A stretch of 64,000 nt of DNA, taken from NCBI GenBank assembly GCA_035546615.1, contig DASZWM010000007.1, forward strand, positions 1 to 64,000. The letters are read 5' to 3'. A program made the translations under genes and the position numbers. The first letter of the stretch is position 1. Every line of letters starts with the position of its first letter. Below are positions 1 to 9,000 of the stretch, piece after piece. This DNA comes from Minisyncoccota bacterium (GTDB taxonomy: Bacteria; Patescibacteriota; Minisyncoccia; Phycocordibacterales; SBAW01). Below the pieces are notes generated by a model that was not told the origin of the DNA, made no database searches, and was given only the letters and a program-made list of their open reading frames with translations.

Positions 1-3000
1 GTTAATGGTCGAGATGGCGGTAATGCCGCTGGTCCTTGCAGCCTGGAGCGCCTCGGCCGGAACGTTCGTGCCGATACCGACATTACCCGCGATATATGCA
101 TTGCCGGTGGTCGTTGCGCCTCCATATATAGTGAGTCCCCCAGCCTGCGTTCCGTTGCCGATGGTTGAGGAAGCGTTTACTTGGATGCCGATGGTCGTGG
201 TCGGCGTAAGCGCGCCTGCCACGATCTTCCAGTCGCGGAACGCGTTGGCGTAGTAATTTTCTGAGGTAGTGCTGAAAGCAAGACCCTGCGACGCCCAGTA
301 GTTGGCGCTCGTGGTGGAGAAGAAGTTGTTTTGAGACTGCCAGTAGTTTGCAGAAGTGGTGCTGAAGGAATTCGCGAGGTAGAACGAGCCTTCGTTGCCG
401 TCGAGGGTGCCGGTCCAGTCGCCGGTGCGGTCCAGCGTGAGCGCGCCCCCGACGTTGGTGAGGCCGCTGCCGGTGAGGTCGGAGAAGTACTCGCTGTTGA
501 GGCCAAGGATGGACGTATATATAGAAGAGGAGGTGGCATTTGTGAGGGTAGTGTTGCCGTTAAAGCGGTTGGTGCCGCTGAAGGTGTTGTTGTCGGCAAG
601 GAGGGTCGACGAGGCGAACGTCCAGGTAGAGGTGGAGAAGGTGTAGAGCGTGCCGTTGGATGTGACGCCGAGGGCGCCATTTGCGTAGTTGGAGAGCTGC
701 ACCGTTCCGGTGGCAGTAAGGCTGCCGCCGAGGTACGTGTTGCCGCCGACCGAGAGCCGGGCGAACGGGCTGGTGGTGCCGATGCCGAGGTTGCCATTTC
801 CGTCCACGCGAGCGCGCTCAATGTTATTGGTACCGATCACGAACGGCTGCGCCGTAAGGGTGCCCACGTAGTAGCCGAGGTTCGAAGCGCCGTCGGCGAA
901 CATGAACAAGCGGTCCGCGCGCGGCGCGCCGAAGAGGCTGCCGAGGCTGCTTGAGGAACCGCCATAGAGGAAACCGCCGTACGATGCGAATGAACCGCGA
1001 TCGTTCTCAAGGTAGAACGACGCCTGATTGCTTGCGCTCGTGCCCTGGAAGTACGCGTTGTAATAGCCGGGATTCTTAACGCTGAGCGGGAATCCGGTCG
1101 TGGTATAAGAAGCCTGGATATCGAGCCGGGCGCTCGGCGACTGCGTGCCGATGCCGACGTTGCCCGCGATATACGCGTTCCCCGTCGTCGTCGCCGAGCC
1201 ATTTACCGTAAGGCCGAGCGTGCCGTTGCCGATGGTCGAGCTTGCATTAACGATGATGCCGAGCGTCGTGGTCGGCACGAGCGCGCCGTTGACTATCTTC
1301 CAGTCGCGGAAGGCATTGGCGTAGTAATTCTCAGACGTGGTCGAGAAGGCGAGGCCCTGAGATGAGAAGTAGGAAGCGGACGTGGTCGAGAAGAAGTTGT
1401 TCTGCGTCTTCCAGTAGTCGGCGCTAGTCGTGGAGAAGAAGTAGCCCTTATCGAAGAGGCTAAGGAAGTAGGTAGCCGATGTGGTCGAGAACGCGTTGCC
1501 CTGGTTCTGGCTCAAGAAGTAGACGGCCGAGGTAGTACTGAAGCTGTTGGCAAGATAGTACGAGCCTTCCTGTCCATCGAAGGTACCGGTCCAGTCGCCG
1601 GTGCGGTCCAAAGTGAGAACGCCACCAACGTTGGACAAGCCCGAGCCAGTTAGGTCGGTAAAGGTCTCGTTGTTGATGCCGAAGGAAGTGGTGGTTGCGT
1701 TAGTGGAGAGCAGGTTCGGGAGGACGTTCTGTGCCGAGGTGGTGGCAATATAGTTTGCCGCAACTACCTGGCCGACTACCGAGAGCTTGCTGTACGGCGA
1801 GGTGGTGCCGATGCCGAAGTTGCCGGCAGGTGCGATGACGTTATTAGAAGAGCCGACGGCGAGGTAGAGGTCATTAAGGCCGCCCGGGGTATAGATACCG
1901 GCATCGCTTGAACCGTCGACGTTGGTAGTGACGTGCGCGTCGCGGTTAAGCGTGATGCCGGAGGTGAAGTAACCATATCCGCCGCTTACTTGCAGGGCGG
2001 CAAGCGGATTGCTGGTGCCGATGCCAACGTTGCCGCTAAAATATGCGCGGCCAGTTGTGGTCGCCGGGCCGTTGACCGTAAGGCCGAGCGTGCCGTTGCC
2101 GATGGTCGAAGAAGCATTTACCTGGATGCCGAGAGTTGTTGTAGGCGTGAGCGCGCCTGCAACTATCTTCCAGTCGCGGAACGTGTTGGCATAGTAGTTC
2201 TGTGAAGTAGTGCTGAACGCGTTGCCCTGGTTGACAGAGAGGAAGTATGCGGCCGAAGTAGTAGAGAACGCCTGGCCCTGATTTTGCGCGAGGAAGTACA
2301 AAGCGCTGGTGGTCGAGAAGAAGTAGCCCTTGTCGAAGAGGCCGAGCGTCGTGGTGGAGAGGCGCGAGTTGAACGAGTTCCAATCGCTTGATGAGAGGTA
2401 GCCGTCGGTAGAAGCGCCCGACTGGCTGATGGTAAACACGCCGGTCGACGGGTTGTACGAGAGCGGGCCGGTTGCCGAGAGCGAGGTCGAGGAGATCTTG
2501 TTGTTGAAGGTGGTCCAGTCAGTGCTTGAGAGATAGCCGTTCTGCGCGCCGTTGGCCTGCTGGATGGACAAGGTATTGCCGGAGAAGGAGAGCGGACTCG
2601 AGACCGTGGTCGAGATGACGGAACCGTTTGCATTTGTGGAGAGAAGAGTGTTCAGGAGGCTGGTGATGGCGAGATTGGTCGTTGTCGCCTGCTGGGTCGT
2701 AAAATTGCCGCTCGCGTCGATCCTGGTCAAGACCGTGCCGGCGTTATTGAGGAACTGCGCCAAGTCCGCGGTCTGGGCCGAAGCGCCCTGTACCGTAAAG
2801 ACCTTCTTCGCGGCGCTTGAGTTAATGAGGCCGAAGAGCGATATAGGCACCGTCGTATTGGTCCAATTGAGGTCGGTTATCTGGGTCGAAGACGCATTGA
2901 ACTGCAGGCGGTTGAGCTGGGTGTCCGCGCCGTAGGTGCCGCCCATGAAGGTCGCGTTATTGTTGCTCGCGTTCGTTATCTGGAAGTACGTGGTCGAGGT

Positions 3001-6000
3001 CGCCGTGGCGCCGCCGCCCGTCCAGCCCCCGCTGTTATACACAACGCGCAGTTGGCCGCCGCCGCCCACGACATTGTCGCCCTTGAGGATGACGCCGTTG
3101 CCGGAGGTCTGGTTGTAGATGGTCGGGTTCGCGCCGACGGAGTTAAGCGTAAGCGTGTTGTTTGTAGAGTCGAATGCAAAGTCGGAATCATCGGTTATCT
3201 GGCTGCCTGCGCCGATAAAAGGCACGCGGCCGGCAGTGAGGCTCGTAACCCGCAGATTAGTGGTTGTCGCGGTGCCGTTTACCGTTAGGCCGCCGCCCGC
3301 CGCGCCGTTGCCAATCGTTGAGCTTCCGAAGACGCCGATGGATTGCACCGTCGAGCTTGGCGTGAGGAAGGCTGTAGCGCCGGAACCAACGATCTTCCAG
3401 TCACGGAACGCGTTGGCGTAGTAGTCCTGGGATGTGGTCGAGAATGCGCCGCCGGTCGAGGCCCAGTAATTTGCGGATGTGGTCGAGAAGAAGTAGCCCT
3501 TGTCGAAGAGAGCGAGCGTCGAAGTGGAGAGGCGCGAGTTGAAGGTGTTCCAGTCGGTCGACGAGAGATAGCCGTCGGTCGAGCCGCCGGACTGGCTGAT
3601 AGAGAACACGCCGGTTGAGACATTGTACGAAAGCGGGCCGGTCGCGGAGATAGAGGTGGAGCCGAGCAGGCCCAGCGTGTTGGTTGCAGTAAGGCTGTAG
3701 CCGCCGGTGCTGTTGCCTACCAGAATATTTCCGTACGAAGGAGCGGCCGAAAGTCCGGTGCCGCCGTACATGACGCCGAGCGATGAGGTTGCAACCACCG
3801 AGCCCTGCGCGTTGGTGGTAAGGAGCGCGGAGCGCACGCCGAGGATAGCCAGGCCGGTGGTCGTGGCGGTCGTCGTGGTGGAGTAGCGGCCGACGAAGTC
3901 GGTGAGCGTCGTGGTGCCCAAGACCGCGAGGCCGCCGCGGGAGAAGATGCCCGAGATGCCGACATTAATGCCCCCCTGCGCGTATATGTCGCCGCCGACA
4001 TTGAGGTTGTCGGCAATGTTCGCAACGCCGACCTCAAGCGAGCCGATGTTGGCGGCCGGGAGCTTCGCGCCGTTTATATCGACCACCTTCACCGTACTGC
4101 TGTTGCTGGTGACGTAGGCGTATTTGCCCGAGAGGCTCAGGCCGCGCGGGTTGCCGCCGGTCGCGAACGTGCCGACCGAAGTGATGCTCGCGAGGTTGTG
4201 CACGTCGAGCACGACGAGGTTGCCGGACGTGTCGGTAACGTACGCGTAGTCGCCGGCCGCCTCAACCGTGTAGTAGCCGGTGCCGGTCTTGGAGCCCGCC
4301 AGGCTGATGGAGGCCGGGTTGCTTATGTCGAGCACGTAGAGGCCGCCGGAAGCGTCCGCAACATAGAGGTAGCGGCCGGACGCGTACAAGGTCGCCGGAA
4401 CGCTCAGGCCGGTGTAGCTGTATACGGCCGTCGGGCTTGCCGGGTTGCTGATGTCGACGGAAGTGACGGAGCCGTTGTAGATGGAGCCCACGTACAGGTA
4501 CTTGCCCTGCACCGCGACCGAAGACCCCGAGCCGATAGGCGTGCCGGGGGACGAGTACTGGCCCACGATAACGGGCGCCGCCGGGTTGGCGATGTCGACG
4601 ATGTTGACCATGCCGGTGTCGAGGTTCGGCGCGTAGAGGTAGCGGCCGGAGAGCGCGAGCGAAATAGGATGGCCCGCGCCGGAGAGCGTGGAAACGAGGG
4701 TCGGTACCGCCGGGTTGGAGACGTCGATGATAACGAGACCCGCGGACGCGTCGCCGACGTACGCGTACTTGCCGGAGACTACGATGCTCTGCGCTTGGGT
4801 GGTGCCCGTGTAGGAGCCGACGAGCTTGGGGTTGCCCGGCTGGGTGATGTCGAGGATGCGCACGTTTCCGGCGGCAACGTAGGAGTAATGGCCGGAAGTG
4901 TTGATGCCGTATGAAGTCCCGCCGACTAAGGTCGAGGTCGCCAGGGTCGGCGTGCCGCTTGCCACCTGGAGTATATTGCCGCCCGCGACGGTGAGCTTCT
5001 GGGAAGGCGACGTGGTGCCGAAGCCGGCGAGACCGCCGAAGGACGCGATGCCCGAGTTGTAGAAGCCGGTCGTGGTGGCGTTGTCGATGGTCGCGCCTCC
5101 GACCACTTCGAGCTTGGAGAGCGTCGAGGTCGAGGTAAAGCCGATGAGCACCTGGTCGGTCGCGGTCGTCAGGCGGATGCCCGAGCCGTTGAAGTGGGTC
5201 CAGTTGACGTCCGAGCCGGACGCGCCCGCGTCGGTGCCGCACTGGAATTGTCCGGTCGCGGAGTTCCATAGGAGCTTGTCGACCGAGCCGGAGCAGGAAG
5301 AGAGGTTGGCGCCGGTTATCCTGCCGTTTATGTACAGGTTCGTCGTGGTCGAAGTGCCGCTCGTAATGACATCGCCCGGGAAGGTATACACGCTCGAGGA
5401 ATTGCCGCCGAAGGTTCCCGCCTGCGTGGTGATGACGCCGGTGGATGAGGTGTACGAGATGACCGACTGGCCCGAGAGGCTGGTCGAGGAGATCTTGTTG
5501 TTGAAGACGCTCCAGTCGGTATTTGTCAGGAAGCCCGGCTGGGAAGCGTTGGCCTTTTGAGCGCCGGCGTAGTCGATGGAGATAAGGCCGGCGCCGTTAT
5601 CGTTGAAGTCGGACGAAGCGAAGGATGCGGCGCCCTTAGTGCTGCCGTCTGCCTTCGCGTCCTGAATGGAGAACGTGCCGGAGCTTGGGTTGTAGAACAG
5701 CGGCGCGGTGGCGTTGAGCGAGCCGGTCGTAACGAGGCCGAGGCTCGAGGTCGAGGTAAGCGTGTACGTACCATTGCTGTTGCCCACCAAAAGGTTTCCG
5801 TAGCTCGGAGGGGTCGAGAGTCCCGTGCCGCCGTAGATGACCGAGAGCGTCGACGTTGCCGACACGGCGCCGTTAATGGCCTGCAGGGGTCCGGTGATGT
5901 TGGAGATGGTTACGCCGCCGTTGAATGTGTTGCTGTTCGTAAACGTATTGCTGGAGTAGGTCTTCGGAATCGTGCTTGATGCGTCGACGAAATGGATAGC

Positions 6001-9000
6001 CGACGTGGTTGAGAAGAAATTGTTCTGCGTCTTCCAGTAGTCGGCCGAACTGGTCGAGAAGCCGACGAGCGTCTGCTGGGAGAGGAAGTAAAGGGCTGAT
6101 GTCGTGGAGAACGCCTGACCCTGATTGACAGAGAGGAAATATGAAGCAGAAGTCGTGGAGAAGAAATTATTCTGCGTCTTCCAGTAATCGGCCGAGGTGG
6201 TGGAGAACGAGTTCGCGAGGTAGTACGAGCCTTCCTGGCCGTCCAGCGTGCCCGTCCAGTCGCCCGCGCGGTCGAGCGTCAATGCGCCGCCGACATTCAG
6301 GAGGCCGGAGCCGGTGAGGTCGGTGAAGTACTCGGAGTTGAGACCCAGTATCGCGGAGTACAGCGAGGTAGAGGTCGCGTTGGTGGTGGTGCCGAAGGTA
6401 ACGGTGAGAGCGGAAATGGTCGACGACGAGTATGCGGTGAGGCCTGCGCCGAACTGCTGCAAGGCGGCCCAGGTATTCGAGTTCGAGAGGTTAAGGCCCC
6501 AATCGCTTATCCCCGCGCTGCCGTCATAGCTTGAGCCGGCGAGCGTCGCGTTGTGGGAAAGCGCGCTGAGGCTGGTGCCGAGCTGCTTGCCGCTGATGGT
6601 CGAGTTAGTAAGTCCCGCGTTATCGAGCGTGCCGGAAAGCGTAGGGGCGAACGTGAATGCGCCGCCCGTGTTCGTTATCCTGATGCCGAGAGTCTGCCCG
6701 TTCTGCGTGAGCGTCGAGGTGGAAAGCGTAAGCGCGCCCGTCTGCGCCGTGCCGCCGCCGGTCTGCGAAAGCGACAGGACGCCGGTGTTTGAGATGACGC
6801 CCGTTGCGGGAACATAGCTGATGCCCGTACCCGCCGAGAGAGAAGTGGAGCCGAGCAGGCCCAGTGTGTTCGTGGCGGAGAGCGCGTAGCCGCCGGTGCC
6901 GTTCCCTACCAGAATGTTTCCGTACGACGGCGCTGCGGTCAGCCCCGTGCCTCCGTACAGGACGCCGACGGAAGAGGTTGCGGAAACTACGCCATTGATC
7001 GCCTGGAGCGGGCCGGTGAGGTTGGAGATAGTTACGCCGCCGTTGAAGGTATTGGAATTCGTGAACGTGTTGGCGGTGTAGGTCTTCGGGATGGTCGTGG
7101 AAGACGTAACGAACCACATAGCGGAAGTGGTGGAGAAGAAGTTATTCTGCGTCTTCCAATAGTCTGCAGAGGTAGTCGAGAACGCAAGATTCTGGTTATT
7201 TGCTAGGAAGTAGAGGGCGGAGGTGGTGCTGAAGGCATTGCCCTGGTTCTGCGAGAGGAAGTATGCGGCGCTGGTGGTCGAGAAGAAATAGCCCTTGTCG
7301 AAGAGGCCGAGGGTGGAGGTGGAAAGGCGGCTGTTGAAGGAATTCCAGTCCGTGCTTGAGAGATAGCCGTCGGTCGAGCCGCCGGACTGGCTGATAGTGA
7401 AAATACCGGTCGAAGAGTTATAGGCGAGCGGCGCAAGTGCCGAGAGGCTGGCCGGGGTAAGGAAGCCGAGGCTGGATGTCGGCGCAAGGTCGTAGCCGCC
7501 TGCGCTGTTGCCCAGGAGCACCTGGCCGTAGGCCGGAGCGAGCGTGAGGCCGGTGCCGCCGTACACGACACCGATGCTCGTAGTTGCCGACACGAGGCCG
7601 TTAATAGCCTGCAGCGGCCCGGTGAGATTGGAAACGTACAGCGAGTCGATGGTTGCGAGCGTTGTCGACGAAGTAAGGACGCGCGTGCTGGTGGCGAAGA
7701 AGCTGCTTGAGGTCGCGTTGGTAAACTTTGCCGTTGAGGGGGTCGTGGCGCCGATAGGCGTGCTGTTTATCGTGCCGTTCGAAATAGTGAGGTTGTCGGC
7801 TACGTACGCGTCGGCTACGATGCTGCCGTGCCAAACGCCGGTCGAGACGGTTCCGACGTTGGAGGAGCCGAGCACCGTCAGCGTGGTGAAGACCGCGCCC
7901 GGCGCGTTGAGCGTCGTGCCGTCGAAGGTGAAGGTATTGTCCCCGACGACCGCGTCTTCCGCCTGGTTGGTGAAGAATATCTGTCCTGCAACGTACGTAT
8001 CCGGCGCATCAGTGAGCCCGAGGAACGTGGTTGAGCCGCCTCCGCCGCCGGTGCCGCAGTCGCTGCCGGTGCCCGACACCACGCCCGCCGCGTTGACGCG
8101 CAAGCACTGCGTCGTACCGGTAATGGAGCCGAGCGTAAGTCCGCCCCCGAGCGTGAGCGCGCCGGTCGATGAGAACGTCGAGGTCGCCGTCGCGCCGAAG
8201 GAGGCCGACTGGTAGACCGAGAGCTTCGACGTGGAAGCCGCGTTGAACTGCTGGAGCTGGGACCAGGCGTTTGCGGTAGTGGTGCCGAAGGCGAGGCTGA
8301 ACTGTCCGGTGGTCTGGTTGTACTGGACCGGGTACGAACCGGAGATGCTGGTGGTGCCGAGCTTGCCGTTGAAAAGGGTCCAATCGCTCGAGGAAAGATA
8401 TCCGTTCGTTGAGCCGTTAGCCTGCGCGATGGAGAACACGCCGGTGTTCCCGTCGTACGAAAGCGGCGCGAGCGCGGAAAGCGACGATGTGGAGAGCAGG
8501 CCGTTGGCGGCGGCAAAGTAGCTTGCGGAAGTCGTGGAGAAGAAATTGCTGACCGACTTCCAGTACTCCGCGGAGGTGGTGCTGAAGGCATTGCCCTGGT
8601 TCTGCGAGAGGAAATACGCGGCCGAAGTTGTCGAGAACGCGTTGCCCTGGTTCTGGGCGAGGAAGTATGCGACGCTGGTGGTTGAGAAGAAATTATTCTG
8701 CGTCTTCCAGTAGTCAGTCGAGGTGGTCGAGAAGAAATTGCTGACAGACTTCCAGTACTCAGCGGATGTCGTGGAGAAGCCGGTCGAGGTGCCGCCGAAC
8801 ATGATGCCGAGGCTGGAGGTCGAGACGAGGTCGTAGCCGCCGGTTGCGTTTCCGACAAGCACCTGGCCGTAGGCCGGCGCGGTCGTCGTGCCGGTGCCGC
8901 CGTTTGCAACGCCGAGCGTGCCGCCGAGCACCAAAGTACCCGAGGACGTGATGGGGCCGCCCGTGAAGGAGAGCCCGGTGGTGCCGCCGTTGGCTGCAAC

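Noticed and set aside
4198-4914. Plus-strand 238-aa ORF (and similar: 331-954+, 9289-10092+, 5072-5560+, 7544-8215+) within the first 10.6 kb
   Set aside because: Val/Ala/Gly/Arg-rich antisense or alternative-frame translations of the giant minus-strand gene. The real frame is open end to end and contains the recognisable repeats.
7878-8999. Minus-strand 373-aa ORF (and 4262-5269-, 177-821-, 2163-2633-, 9066-9455-)
   Set aside because: Same strand as the giant gene but in the +1/+2 frames; Ser/Thr/Pro/Arg-rich low-complexity products typical of wrong-frame reading of GC-rich DNA.
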